The position numbers and the translations under genes were made by a program. A DNA stretch of 64,000 nt from Chloropicon primus (lineage: Eukaryota): NCBI GenBank assembly GCA_023205875.1, contig CP060763.1:682001-746000 (forward strand), read 5' to 3'. This document shows positions 21,009-32,414 of this stretch, in pieces (the stretch's first letter is position 1; every line of letters starts with the position of its first letter). A model generated the notes under the pieces. That model was not told where the DNA came from. It worked only from the letters and a program-made list of their open reading frames with translations, and did not search any database.

Positions 21009-21296
21009 CTAAAAAACCATGTCGTTGTTGTCTGTGGTGTTGGAATCCTCCTCATTGAGGTTGTCGGCGGTTGATCGATTCAAGGATTCAGGGGCAATGG
21101 CATATGTTCCCGGGGCAGTGCGAACAAAGCGGGGGCTCTTTCTACACGCAGCACTGACAGTTCTCCGCCTCACCTCATCATCAGTAGAAAAATCCTTGCG
21201 CCTGAACACATACAACTTCTTGGCCCGGATCCGGCCAAGGATCTCTTTGACGTCAAGCTCCCTCCCGCAATCTTGAAGACCGAAATAAATTCTATT
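21009..21296 (-). pseudogene. Possible HARE-HTH (HB1/ASXL-type winged helix) coding fragment lacking an ATG
   Basis: IYFGLQDCGRELDVKEILGRIRAKKL..TVSAACRKSPRFVRTAPGTYAI resembles HARE-HTH. It lies in an AT-richer patch and has no in-frame ATG upstream. Confidence 0.4.
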
Positions 21297-21495
21297 TGTA
21301 TTCCCCGTCTTCTTTTTTTTTGTTTTTAAGAAGTTAGCAAATTCGCGGTTCTGGTGCCTCCCCCGAGAGCTGAGCTGGCACGTTTTAAGATAAGGATGAA
21401 AAGTGAGAGGGAGAAAAAACCAATCCAATCCACAGGACGGGGAAGGGCGACGAAGACCAAGTCGAAGACGAAGACCCAAGACCCAAGACCCGAGA

Positions 21496-22230
21496 ATGGT
21501 GCCGCCAGCAACCGTTGGAGCGGCGAACCTCCGCTCCGCCCAGCCCGCCGCGCCCTTCGCGCCCTACCCGTACCCGTTGGTCAACCCGATGATGCAGGCC
21601 AACCCTATGGTGCAGCAGTTCGCCGCGCCGTTCAGCAACCTTCCGTACGTGGGCACCTTCGCGAGTCCCTCGGTTCCTTGGTCCCCGAGGGGGGCCGCCA
21701 AGGGCGTCGTCCCCGAGGCCCAGAGGCCCCTGAGCGAGAAGGAGGCCAAGGAGCTGAAGAGGAAGAAGGCGAACAGAGAGAGCGCGAGGAGGTCCAAGCT
21801 CCGGAAGAAGGAGGAGTTCGAGAGCCTGGCCAAGAAGGTGGAGGAGCTCTCCCAGAAGGGTCTCGCCCTCCGCACGGAGATTGCCAAGATGGAGGGCGTC
21901 CTCGAGACCCTGACGAGCCAGAACCAGTCGCTGAGGAAGGAGGTCCTGGCCGCGCACGGCAGCCTGGAGTGCCTCAAGGACCTGGAGGACGAGGCCAAGG
22001 ACGACGCCAGCGGCAAGGGGAAGAGCGGAAGCAGCCTCGTCGCCCCGGAGGGCAAGAAGGGGGAGGGGGAGTCGGGAAACTCCCAGTCCACGGCAACGGA
22101 CTTGACCTCGTCCGACTGCACCAACCAGATCCGCGCGACGACGCAGCAGAAGGACCTCGAGAGGGACACCCGGCGAAGCGACTCGGGAGGAGAGAGCGAC
22201 GAGATGAACTGTACAGTACGAATCAAGTGA
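21496..22230 (+). CDS. bZIP transcription factor (G-box-binding-factor-like)
   Basis: Pro-rich N-terminus, then basic region KRKKANRESARRSKLRK followed by a Leu heptad repeat. Confidence 0.9.
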   Translation: MVPPATVGAANLRSAQPAAPFAPYPYPLVNPMMQANPMVQQFAAPFSNLPYVGTFASPSVPWSPRGAAKGVVPEAQRPLSEKEAKELKRKKANRESARRSKLRKKEEFESLAKKVEELSQKGLALRTEIAKMEGVLETLTSQNQSLRKEVLAAHGSLECLKDLEDEAKDDASGKGKSGSSLVAPEGKKGEGESGNSQSTATDLTSSDCTNQIRATTQQKDLERDTRRSDSGGESDEMNCTVRIK

Positions 22231-22325
22231 GGGGGGGAGAGCGGGGGGTGGGGGTGGAAGCCGCGGCCGCGGCCGAGAAAATCTGTAAACAATCAATCCA
22301 ACCAACCATAGTAGATCACGCAAGC

Positions 22326-22359
<34 letters not shown>

Positions 22360-22516
22360 TCCAACAACAGCAATGGAAAACGGCGACCCGGAGAAGGAGA
22401 CGACAGAGCAAAAGAGCCTTCCTCCTCTAATTTGTATGTTACATCACATCATATACATATCCATCCGAAAGATCCCCCCGATCATCCCCCCGTCCCGTCC
22501 CGAAGAATCATCATCA

Positions 22517-23701
22517 TCATCTCCCTCGCTCCGTCGTATTCGTCGTCGTATTCGTCGTCGCGGCCAGGGGGAGGAACCAATCCTTTGGGAGGCCGACCAG
22601 CTCCCGCGTCTCCAAGTCGAACGGCCCTCTGATCATGTCCCTGGCGTGCGAAGCGGCGATCCTCTGAAACTCCTCCGCGATCGCCTCCTCCCCGAGGACC
22701 CCCTTCTCCCGGCAAAAGTAGTGGAACCAGTACACGCCGACCGCGACGTGGGCCCTCTCCTCGAAGGCGATCTTCTCCACGATGTCAGCGGAGCGAGAAT
22801 CCGCGGCGCCCCTGAGCTTTGCGACCAGCCTCGGCCCCGCGTCCAGCCCCCTGGCCTCCTGCACCATGGGGATCGCGACCAACCGAGCCAGGAGGTCCGC
22901 CCTGGTGGCCTTGCCCGCCTGCCACAGCAGGTCGTGGGCCGGCATCGCGCCGTAGAAGGAGTCCAGCTCCTCCAGGCGCTGCAGGCACCACCTCAAGTGC
23001 CTCGACTCGTCGTCCGCCACGCGGAGAAAGTCGTGGTAGAAATCCACGGGAAGTTCGAGCCCGGAAAAGCTCACGACGGTGTCCCACGCCAAGTCGATGG
23101 CGTTGAGCTCGATGTGCGCTGCGGCGGCAGCAGCAAGAATGATGCATTGAGGGCCAGTCACCCAGTCAGTCAGTCAGTCGAGAGAACTGGAAGTGAGCGC
23201 CCACTTACCGAGGTTGTGCAGCATGTAGCTCGAGAGGCAGAGCCCGGATCTCTTTGGGCTTGGGCACTCCCTCGGCGGCACGAGCCGCGGCAGGCGCGGT
23301 CTCCCCGGCTGGTCCGGCCCCCGAGCCCTCCCGACGGGGATACGCGAGCGAGCGAAAGCCTTGTACGCCCCGTGCGTGAGAACCGCCTTCTCGAGGACGT
23401 CCGTCGTCTCCAACACCCGTTTCCCGAGTTCGGACAAGGACACGCCGTCCCCCGGGCTCAGCTCCAGGTCCCCGACCTCCAGGTCCCCGACCTCCAGGTC
23501 CCCGACGGCGCTGCCCGCCTCGCCCCACTCCACGTCATCACGAACGGGAGCGGTCCTCCAGTCCCCAAACCCGTCCCACGTGAGCGCGAGCGCCTCGCGA
23601 GACGACGAGGGACACCGCGCCACGACGGCGACGCGACGACTCCTCGATGGCGCGGGACCCCCGAGTCCTCTCGGCCTCAAGACGAGGCTCTTCTCCAGCA
23701 T
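22517..23701 (-). CDS. DUF455 ferritin-like protein; 2 exons (intron 23208-23119)
   Basis: PGRPRLPRLVPP..YMLHNL|AHIELNAIDLAWD..VADDESRH..PAHDLLW..PMVQEARGLDAGP..EERAHVAVGVYWF. Confidence 0.9.
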
Positions 23702-24240
23702 GCCGAGCCGAGAGAGAGAGCCGGCGAGCCGGCGAAGACGACGCCGATCCTCCTCCTCCTCCTCGTCGTCGTCGTCAGTTCGTTCCGGATAAGGTTTCGG
23801 ATGATGTTCCTACAAACAGCAAAGAGCAAACGCGTCAAACCGACGACGCCAAACGGGTCAAGCTTGGTGTCAAACGAAAGACCATGAGCTCTACTTTTGC
23901 ATGAGATACATCCCGACGGACCGCACACACTCGCTCGGTCGTGCCCTTGGATTGGATAGACTTGTGAATCGCGCTCCCCCTCTCTCTCGGCCACAGGGTT
24001 GATTTCCAAAAATGGATTCGTGTCCATGGGATGAAGGTCCCACTCGGGATTAACGCCCGAGCACAGGGGTGGCATGACGATACGTTCGAGGACGACTCGG
24101 CGAGGATTACGAGGACCGAGTCCCTTGACGATGACACCGAGCGAGTCCTCCGCGACATCAATAGGCTTCGCACACGGGCGACGAAGGCCATCGAAGAGCG
24201 AGCGAGAGAGCGAGCGAGAGAGGCGCGGATTGACTGTGCG

Positions 24241-25332
24241 ATGTTTACGACGAAGAAGGTTTTGGTGGCGGCCGCGATAGCCGCCGTGGTGGGCGGTGGT
24301 GGAGCGAGGGCCGAGCCGGAGACGACGGTGCTCGACGGGGGGGTGCTCGAGCCTCACGTGAGCGTCGGGCTGGGCGGGGACATCCCGGCGGAGATGATGG
24401 CGGAGCTCAGCAAGCACGTGAGCGACTTCCTGGACGAGATCCGCCCCGGCATCACGGAGGAGCTCCAGAAGGAGATCATGGAGTTCAAGGTCGCGCCCGA
24501 GCTGGAGGCGCTCACCGTGGCCCAGCACTACTTTGAGAACCCCGAGACCTCCGTGCTCGCCGAGAGGATGCTTTCGGTGTGCGAGAGCGACATGAAGAAC
24601 TGCCCTCTGCTGCAGCACATCCCGGAGGAGGAGAGGGTCGGGAGCCAGATCGTCTTCGCCACCGAGGAGGAGGGCGAGGAGGCCGGCCTCAACGGCAGGA
24701 AGTTGCAGCAGGAGAAGGTCCCGGTGTCCGGCAACCCGGACACCAAGGTTCCGTTCTTGAACGTGCCAAACCCGCCGATCAGCTTCGGGGCCGTGTCGAG
24801 CTTCCAGTTCTACAGGGACCTGTACTGCACTCCGCCGATCGTCAACCCGGCGGAATTTGACTTCATCAGCGAGACCTCGTTCGAGGGCGTGACCTACGCC
24901 TTTGCAGTGCTCGGTGGGGGTGCCCGTTGGGATCCCAAGACCCAGCAGCTCACCGTGAACAAGCCGCAGGTCGTGTACTCCAAGAGGCCCTCGAGCTGGT
25001 CCAAGTCCGGGGGGAGCACCACCAAGGGAAGCGCCACCGAGAAGTCCTGCGACTTCAGCTCCGCCATTCAGAAGAAGTCTGGCGAGGGAATCGGCTACTC
25101 CCAGGTCTTGGGTATCGAGGAGCAGTTCTTCAAGCCAACCGCGAACACTCCGATCTACATCGATGCCCTCAAGCCCGACACCTACCCATCCCTCAGAGGG
25201 TGGTTCAGGTGCTGGATCGACCAGCAGCACCCAGAGTGCACGCCGCCTGACATCGCGCTGAGCCCACTCCTGTTGAACTTGCCACTTCAGATCTTGTCCT
25301 TCTTGCCCGGACTTGGAATCCTCGGAAAGTAA
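24241..25332 (+). CDS. Uncharacterised secreted/cell-surface protein
   Basis: Long GC3-rich ORF with a signal-peptide-like start (MFTTKKVLVAAAIAAVVGGGGARA), a GRKLQQ putative processing site, several Cys and a hydrophobic C-terminus. The frame is open upstream to ATG 24031. Confidence 0.75.
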   Translation: MFTTKKVLVAAAIAAVVGGGGARAEPETTVLDGGVLEPHVSVGLGGDIPAEMMAELSKHVSDFLDEIRPGITEELQKEIMEFKVAPELEALTVAQHYFENPETSVLAERMLSVCESDMKNCPLLQHIPEEERVGSQIVFATEEEGEEAGLNGRKLQQEKVPVSGNPDTKVPFLNVPNPPISFGAVSSFQFYRDLYCTPPIVNPAEFDFISETSFEGVTYAFAVLGGGARWDPKTQQLTVNKPQVVYSKRPSSWSKSGGSTTKGSATEKSCDFSSAIQKKSGEGIGYSQVLGIEEQFFKPTANTPIYIDALKPDTYPSLRGWFRCWIDQQHPECTPPDIALSPLLLNLPLQILSFLPGLGILGK

Positions 25333-25589
25333 GCCCGAGGGAAATCAGGGGAAGCCTGGCACTGGTGGAACGGAGAGTGCTGTAGACGGGCGTGGACGAC
25401 GACGGTGGAGTAACCAAAAAAAGCAAAACCCGTTATCTTACTTCGCAACATTTTAATATATTTATTTTTTGATCACTGCTTTGTTTTCTGATCCTTATAT
25501 ATCGCGACGGCGAGGACGACGACGAGGACGAGGGCATACTCAGATAGATATAGTTATAACATATACATTACAACGACCCTTCTCCTCTC

Positions 25590-27197
25590 TCAAAGGCCCG
25601 GCTCTTGGATCGGAGAGTGCTCTGAGAGGTACAGCCTGAAACTGCTGAAAAGGATTCTCCCCATCGTAAGAATTTTGACGCACAGCCACACGTGAAGCAG
25701 TGTGTAGGGCAGCGCAAAGGTTTTGGTCATCAGGTACAGCGCCAGGAAGCAGGTCAGAGACGTTGCAATCACACTGCGAGAGATGTAGGCGTGCTCCCTC
25801 GCGCCCAGCAACACCCCCTCCTGGGCCAGCATCAGGGCATCCAGAGGCTGGAAGAGGGCGACCACCCCGATCACCGTGAAGGTTATTCCGATGACGTTGT
25901 CCTCCTTGGTGAACACGTGGACAATCTTTGGGCCGAGAAACTTGATCATCAGCCCCAGGATCGCGCCCAGCGACACGGCAAGCTGGACCAGCCTGTAAGC
26001 GATCATCCTCGCCTGCTTGACCTCCTTCTTCCCCAAGCATTCCGCCACCAGGCTCTGGCCCGCCACCGACAAGGGCTCGACCGCGATGTAGCAGAAGAAG
26101 AAGAGCTGCTTTATGATCTCATGCGCGGCGAGGGACACCGCGCCGAGCTGCGCAATGGCCTGGGACGCCAGCCCCACCGTGTACATGGTGACCATGCTCT
26201 TGGTGGACAGGGCGATGCCCGCCGAGAGCACCGGCATCGCTTCCGTGAGGCCTGGCGGCCGGAAGAGGTCCTTTGGAACGAGCTTCTTGGTCTTCAGCAG
26301 GGCGGAAAGGAGCAAGAAGCAGGACAAAGTCGTGGAGATCGAGGATGAAGCAGCCGCGCCCGTGACTCCCCAGCCGAACTTGAAGACGAACAGGCAGTCC
26401 AAGCAGCAGTTCAAAGCATTGGCCACGACGGTTGCGTACAGTATCTTCTTCGTGTTTTTGAGCCCCCTGAGCGCCCCGATGCAGACCAGCTGCAGCAGGG
26501 TGGCGTGCACGGAGAAAATGCGGGCGTCGAGGTACTTCATGGAGTTGGAAACCACCTCGCTCGAGCTGGTGAACACGTTCTGCAAAAACCACTCCGCGCC
26601 CACGTACTTGAGCACGAACAGGACCGTGCCTATCGACGCGGCCAGCCACAGCCCCGTGCATATCGTCCTGCTGACGGCCTCGTCGTCCCCCCTCGCGTTC
26701 GCCCCGCTCACGAGGGGGGTGATCGCCGTGGCCAGGAACTGAAACAGCGCCACGGTGAACGTCGCCCAAAGCAGACCGGCCAGCCCCGTCCCCGCGAGCT
26801 CGTTCACCCCGATCCTTCCTATGATCGCAGTGTCCACTATGCTCATCAGCGGGTCGATCAGAACCGACAGCAGGGCCGGGAGCGCCAGCTTGAATATCTC
26901 CCCATCGTAAGGCGACCTCGACCACGGCCTGAAGAGGTTCGTGGTCGCGACCTCGGAACCTCGCTCTCCTTGCAATTTCGCCTCGCTCGTTCCCGCCTCC
27001 TGGCCGCGACCCACGTCGTGCCCCGCCCGCAGAGCGAGGCTTCTGCGTTCTCCCTCCTTCCTCTCCCTCCTCTGCTGCTGCACCCTCCACTTCTTCCGAG
27101 ACACGAGTCTCGACGCGAGGGGACCATTCCACCGCGACGACGGAGGTGCGGATCCTCTCGCCCCACGCGCGGACCCAGTCACCCTCGCCGCCCTCAT
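25590..27197 (-). CDS. MATE (DinF/DETOXIFICATION-like) efflux transporter with transit-peptide-like N-terminus
   Basis: EIFKLALPALLSVLIDPLMSIVDTAIIGRIG..LAAHEI..VAGQSLVA..QPLDAL, with about 12 TMs. Confidence 0.92.
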   Translation of the reverse strand: MRAARVTGSARGARGSAPPSSRWNGPLASRLVSRKKWRVQQQRRERKEGERRSLALRAGHDVGRGQEAGTSEAKLQGERGSEVATTNLFRPWSRSPYDGEIFKLALPALLSVLIDPLMSIVDTAIIGRIGVNELAGTGLAGLLWATFTVALFQFLATAITPLVSGANARGDDEAVSRTICTGLWLAASIGTVLFVLKYVGAEWFLQNVFTSSSEVVSNSMKYLDARIFSVHATLLQLVCIGALRGLKNTKKILYATVVANALNCCLDCLFVFKFGWGVTGAAASSSISTTLSCFLLLSALLKTKKLVPKDLFRPPGLTEAMPVLSAGIALSTKSMVTMYTVGLASQAIAQLGAVSLAAHEIIKQLFFFCYIAVEPLSVAGQSLVAECLGKKEVKQARMIAYRLVQLAVSLGAILGLMIKFLGPKIVHVFTKEDNVIGITFTVIGVVALFQPLDALMLAQEGVLLGAREHAYISRSVIATSLTCFLALYLMTKTFALPYTLLHVWLCVKILTMGRILFSSFRLYLSEHSPIQEPGL

Positions 27198-27776
27198 CCC
27201 TAACAACCCCTCGCCCCTTCCCCTCGTTTGTCCTAAAATATCTTGGCTGGATGGCTGGATGGCTGGATGGCTAGGATGGATGTGTGCCCCCGAACGAATC
27301 GAACCAGAGCTCCCACCGAGGAGCCGATCGCCTCACCGGAAGCGAAGGCGTGTCTCGCGCCGTGGCCCTCCGCTCTTCGTCTCGTCTCCGTCCCTCGTCC
27401 TCGTCCTCCGCGCAATGCAATGGCGTCGAGTCGAGGCCTCCTCCCGCTCGACCAATGACGGATCTCTGATCTCCTCGATCTCTCGGGGGCGGTGAACCCA
27501 AGGAAAGGGACGCCCGGACTGGAACTTGGAACTTGGAACTTGGAGGACGCGACCCTTGGCGACTGGACGAGGGAGAGGGAGGGGAGCCAAGGCCGGGAGA
27601 CCAGGAAGGAAGTCTCATTGATACGCTCACTTCGGTGTCCTGCCTCGGACGATACCTTGGGTCAGGGTTCAGCGGACGGAAAGGGTGGTCTGTGTCTCAC
27701 CTTGGGAGTATTGTATTGTATTCACTAGTATTGTATTGTTTGATTGCGGTTGGCAAGACAATGATGCGGTGAAGCA

Positions 27777-28499
27777 ATGGCTGGGGGAGGCGAGGAAGAA
27801 GGCGTTAAGATGGGGGAGAACCGGGGGGCTTACGAGAACAACCCGAGGCGAACTCCTGTCCGACTCCTGCCTCTGCACGGGGTGAAGAAGCGGAGGGACT
27901 CGAGCCCGAACAAGAGGTGCTCGGGGGACCACGCCAAACTCGGGGCGAACCCAAAGGTTTTGCGGATGCTGGCCAAGCACGACGAGTCCAGGATTTTGTT
28001 CACGGGGGCCGTGCTCAAAGTCAATCGGGAGGGGAGGCCGAAGGAGAGGGTCCTCCTTCTTTCGGGCAACGCGATATACGTCCTCAAGCCGGGGACGTTC
28101 AAGTGCGGCAGCAGGATAGAGATCAGGGCGGTGTCCAAGCTCACGCTCAGCACCCTGGCGGATAACTTCTGCCTCGTGAGCGGGGCCGGCGAGGGCGACG
28201 CTGGGAACGACCTCCTGTTCAGCTGCTCCCACAAGACAGAGTTCGTGAGCACCGTGCAGCAAGCCGCCTCGGACTTGCTCGGTCTGCACCTGCCCCTGGA
28301 GTTCGCAAACGAGATGACGCACAGGTTCAACTGCGTGTACGAGAGGAAGGTCACGTTCCTGGAGGACGCGAGGAGCAAGAACACCGTGCACACCAAGCTG
28401 TCAGAGCCCGTGCTGCGGCGGGAACAACGCGGGGTGGAGGGAAAGCTCTCCTCCTCGCAAGACGCGGAGAGTGTCTTTGAGGGGGGCGACGACGCGTGA
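27777..28499 (+). CDS. Stand-alone class I myosin tail (TH1/PH-like) domain protein
   Basis: ILFTGAVLKVNREGRPKERVLLLSGNAIY..LTLSTLADNF..DLLFSCSHKTEFV..LEFAN. Confidence 0.8.
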   Translation: MAGGGEEEGVKMGENRGAYENNPRRTPVRLLPLHGVKKRRDSSPNKRCSGDHAKLGANPKVLRMLAKHDESRILFTGAVLKVNREGRPKERVLLLSGNAIYVLKPGTFKCGSRIEIRAVSKLTLSTLADNFCLVSGAGEGDAGNDLLFSCSHKTEFVSTVQQAASDLLGLHLPLEFANEMTHRFNCVYERKVTFLEDARSKNTVHTKLSEPVLRREQRGVEGKLSSSQDAESVFEGGDDA

Positions 28500-28637
28500 T
28501 AAAAAATAATGAATCCTTTTTACAGTTCGTTCGAAAGAAATTGCCGCATCGGATTCCCGTCTGTATTCTACACTTCTAACGAGGCGCCGCTCGAGCTCGA
28601 GTCTCTCCACGTTCGGGGGGGCTTGTGCTTCTCCTCG

Positions 28638-29000
28638 CTAACCGGGACCGACTTTCGGAATGTCGTAGTGCTCGGAGAGGTTGGCGAGCTTCTCGTTAAA
28701 CTCCTTCACCCTCTCCCTGTGCGTCATCTTCGCGGCCTTGGCGATCTCCTCCTCCTCCCTCTTGGCCAGCTTTTGCTCGAACTTCTTCTCCGCCGTGGTC
28801 CTCCTGTCCGCGGGACCCTCGTCCCTTATCGCGTAGCCCAACGTCGTTTCCCTCTCTCCGCCGTCCTGCTGGCCCGAACCAACGACCGCCTCCTCGTTCT
28901 TCGAACCCTTCCCCTTCTTCTTCTTCTTCTTCTTCTTCTTCCTCACGACGCCCACGTCTCCCACGCCCTTGAGCTTCAGCTTCCCCCCCACGAACGACAT
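28638..29000 (-). CDS. FAM32A: FAM32A-like (DUF1754) spliceosome-associated protein
   Basis: MSFVGGKLKLKG..RTTAEKKF..THRERVKEFNEKLANLSEHYDIPKVGPG. Confidence 0.9.
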   Translation of the reverse strand: MSFVGGKLKLKGVGDVGVVRKKKKKKKKKGKGSKNEEAVVGSGQQDGGERETTLGYAIRDEGPADRRTTAEKKFEQKLAKREEEEIAKAAKMTHRERVKEFNEKLANLSEHYDIPKVGPG

Positions 29001-29422
29001 CGTGGCCTTCCTCGACCGACCGTCGTTGTCGCCGGCCAAAGCCTGACCCAATCCCCTCAACCAAGGTACCACCCACCGAAATCCCTCCAGACGCGCGCAG
29101 TCCCTCCCCCTCTCCTCCCTCCGTCCCTAAGTCTCCTCCCCTCTCCTCCCTCCCCCTCCCTCTGTTGCTGTTGCTGTTTGCTGTTGCGTTCTCCCCCTTC
29201 TCGCTTGTCGAGTCCCGACCGAAACCCGTCAACCTTGATACCGACCGAAAGCCCTGGAGACGTACTTGATCCCTGTCCCCCTGTGTCCCCCTCCCTCTCC
29301 GCCCTCCGTCCCCCGCGTCGTCCTCCAGCGCCTTGCCTCCCCTCGCCTCGCGCGCTCCAGATCTGATCCAGAACTCCAGAACTTTAGCGGCGCGAAGGCG
29401 AAGGCGAAGGCGAAGGCAGAGG

Positions 29423-30549
29423 ATGGCGCTGGGGATGAGTCTCAAGGGGAGGAGACCTCCGTCGCGGGGGGTGAGGGAAGAGGGCGCAACGCAAACCCTG
29501 CTGCGTCCTGCGCTCAGTGGGCAGACGAGATGGACGAGACTGAGGAGTGGGAAGGAACACCAACACGGTTTCGGTTTGCCTTGTGCATCCAAGGAGAGGT
29601 GCGTTCGGACGAGGGTTATTCCTTCTCTGATAGGGGACGCGGCGACGCAGCCTCCGCCGGACCTCCCGTCCTTCCTGTTCAAGGAGAGGATCGTTTACCT
29701 TGGCATGACTCTCGTGCCCTCCGTCACCGAGCTCCTCGTCGCTCAGTTCTTGTACTTGCAGTTCGAGGACCCTCAGAAGCCCATCTACTTTTACATCAAC
29801 TCCACGGGAACCACCAAGGAGGACGACAGGTAAGAAGAAGAAAAGGAAGAGCACGGTGAGAATGCGCGCATTGCACGTGGCGCCCTTGCTTCCGGGAGCA
29901 ACCAAGAAGCGGGAGAAGACCAAGGCGAAGGGAGGAAGGAAACGATTCCACGATTCACGTCACGTGAAAGTGTTCCCTCTCTTCGCCTTCCTCAAGGGGG
30001 CCGGACCGCGACGCCGGTCTCTCTGTCGTCTCTCTCTGTCGTCTCTCTCTCTGTCGTCTCTCTTGTGTGTGCGTGCGCGCGCGTGTGTGTGCCTGGTGCG
30101 GACTTCTGAAGCGAGGACGTTTGCTTTTTTGCTTCTTCTTTGTTGTTGCTGCTCCCAGGCTTGCGTACGACGCCGAGGCGTTCGCTATTCTTGACACCCT
30201 GAACTACATAAAGAATCCGGTGTACACCGTTTGCGTTGGCACGGCTTGGGGTGAAGCCGCCATGCTCCTGGCCGCCGGTGAGAAGGGCCACCGCGCTGCC
30301 CTTCCCTCGTCCACGATCATGATCAAGGAGCCCGTGGCCCTCAAGCGCGGGCAGGCGAGCGACTTAGACCTGGCCAGGCTCGAGCTCAGGGAAGTGAGGG
30401 ACGAGGTGGTCAAGACCTTGGCCAAGTACACGGAGAGGACCGTCGAGCAAGTTTCGGAGGACATCAGGAGGCCGGTCTACATGAAGCCGGAGAGAGCGAT
30501 AGAGTACGGGCTCATCGACAAGATCCTCGAGGAGAGCGCGCTCCAATAA
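29423..30549 (+). CDS. CLPR4: Plastid Clp protease non-catalytic subunit, ClpR4-like; 2 exons (intron 29830-30158)
   Basis: QPPPDLPSFLFKERIVYLGMTLVPSVTEL..YINSTGTT..|LAYDAEAFAI..GTAWGEAAMLLAAG..ALPSSTIMIKEP. The catalytic Ser/His positions are substituted, as expected for ClpR. Confidence 0.88.
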
Positions 30550-30729
30550 TAGCGCGCCCGCAGTAAAGTGTTTTTCTTTTTGCTGCTGCTGTAAAGAAAG
30601 GTCACAGAACGTTCTTTCGTTTCGCTCCTCTCTCTGGATGATACACACAATCGTTCGATTTACATTACACACAACGCTCTGCTATTGCGCGCGCCACTAC
30701 GGCTGTTGTCCAAATAGTCTTTTAGTTTC

Positions 30730-31623
30730 TCAAGTCACAGAGCGGGCGTACGGCACGAAGGCCCGCATCTCCAAGAGCTCCGCGGCCTCCACGACCCGCT
30801 CCTTCCGAGCCCTGGAGGAGTGGTTGCCCGCCTCGGAGCCCTCGAGCACCGACGGCGGGGAGAAGTGGGTGGTCACCCCCGCGCCGCACTGGCCCTGCTG
30901 CTGCTTGCTCCTCAGCTTGTTGAACTTGTACATGTGCTTGCTCCCCCCGGAGCACAGCTCCTGCTGCTGCCGCGCCGGCACAGGCTGCAGGGCTGCGTCG
31001 ACGACCCAGGGGCCGAGGAAGTAGTCCATCGACAGGGTCGTCGAGGCCAGGGGCCTCCGGCGCTTGCAGCTGCTGGTGGTGGTGGTGGAGAAGAAGTCCT
31101 CCGAGGCATAGACCCTCGGCGCGCTCGCCACCGGAATGATTTTGGACCCCCGCTTCAAGTCCACGTTCGTGCACTTCCTCGGCAGCTGGAGCAGGCTCAG
31201 GCAGGCGAGGCGCCTCCTCAGCCTCAGGGGGCTCGGCGCCACGTCCTGGGACCCCAGAAGCGAGCGGTACTCCACGCCGCACATGAAGTGCCTCTTGTTG
31301 TAGTTGCTCCGGCTCCACTCGTCCCCGAGGCCGTACCCCACCATCGCCCGCCTCGCCCTGTTCCTGGCGTCCAGGCTCTTCAGCGAGAGGGGCAGCTCCA
31401 GCACGGCCGGCGCCATCAGCTGCTCACGCAGAACCTTGCCGTCGCAGCACTCGATGCAGTGCCCACAGCCACGAGATTGGCGGGAGGTGCGGAGGGTCCA
31501 CGAGGAGGAGTCATCCACCCGAGCGGCGAAACCCATGGCGAAACCACAGCGGTCGGCTTCGACGTCGTCGCGATGGGGAGCAGCGTCGCTTCTGTCCTTG
31601 TTCTCGGTCGTGATCGGCGGCAT
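30730..31623 (-). CDS. Hypothetical protein
   Basis: GC3-rich ORF from ATG 31623 (MPPITTENK..) with a CGHCIECC cluster. No family recognised. Confidence 0.55.
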   Translation of the reverse strand: MPPITTENKDRSDAAPHRDDVEADRCGFAMGFAARVDDSSSWTLRTSRQSRGCGHCIECCDGKVLREQLMAPAVLELPLSLKSLDARNRARRAMVGYGLGDEWSRSNYNKRHFMCGVEYRSLLGSQDVAPSPLRLRRRLACLSLLQLPRKCTNVDLKRGSKIIPVASAPRVYASEDFFSTTTTSSCKRRRPLASTTLSMDYFLGPWVVDAALQPVPARQQQELCSGGSKHMYKFNKLRSKQQQGQCGAGVTTHFSPPSVLEGSEAGNHSSRARKERVVEAAELLEMRAFVPYARSVT

Positions 31624-32377
31624 CTCTCGTCTCTCGTCTCTCGTATTGTTTCTCCTCCGGTGGTTATCGTGTTTTGGTCGCCAAGGGTCTTTTGGTCGCC
31701 AAGGTCTGTGGGGGTCCTGTCCCTCCAGAGTTCGCGTCCCCTCGTGCGCGTCCTTTGGCTTCACCCGATCGTCCTCCTCTTCCTGGGTGGTCCCTTGGAG
31801 TCCTCGTCTTGTCTTGCGTCGTTCCCCTTCCTGGTCTTGTGGTCGTGTTTCGTGATCGTGATCGTGTTCGTCCTGGTTCGATCGATCGATCGATCGTCCT
31901 CTGGACGTCCTCTCGCTCTCCTCCTCTCGTCCCGAGGATTTCGCTTTTATTGGCTCCGCTGGACCTTGATTTTGCCCCAAGAACAAAGAGAGTAGAAATC
32001 CCTTCTCGAGGGAAGAAAAAATACAACCTTGAGAGGCACGTGCCCTCCTCGATTGAGGATCACAGGTTGTTCCCCTCACCAATCCAAGGGACAACTGACA
32101 ATGCAGGGAAGGGAGAGGGAAAGGAAAGGAACACGGTGGCACATCCTCCTACCTCCTCTTCTTCTTCTCCTTTCTCCCTGCATGCCATGGCACCTATCTC
32201 TCTTATCTCTTCTTTCGTTCGTTCGTTCGTTCGTTGCTGGGTGCGCTGGACTTGGGGGAATACTGGAAAGGCGTTCACCTTTCCAAAATACTTGTGTGAG
32301 GTCCTCCTCCTTCACCGACTCAACCGCACATCCAAGGCAGCCATCCGACCATCCTCCTCTTGCCCTCTGCTCTGTCC

Positions 32378-32414
<37 letters not shown>

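Noticed and set aside
27777..28499. Motor-less myosin TH1 protein as a novelty
   Set aside because: Stand-alone TH1 proteins are already known in the green lineage.
29423..30549. Missing catalytic triad in the Clp subunit
   Set aside because: This is expected for ClpR subunits.
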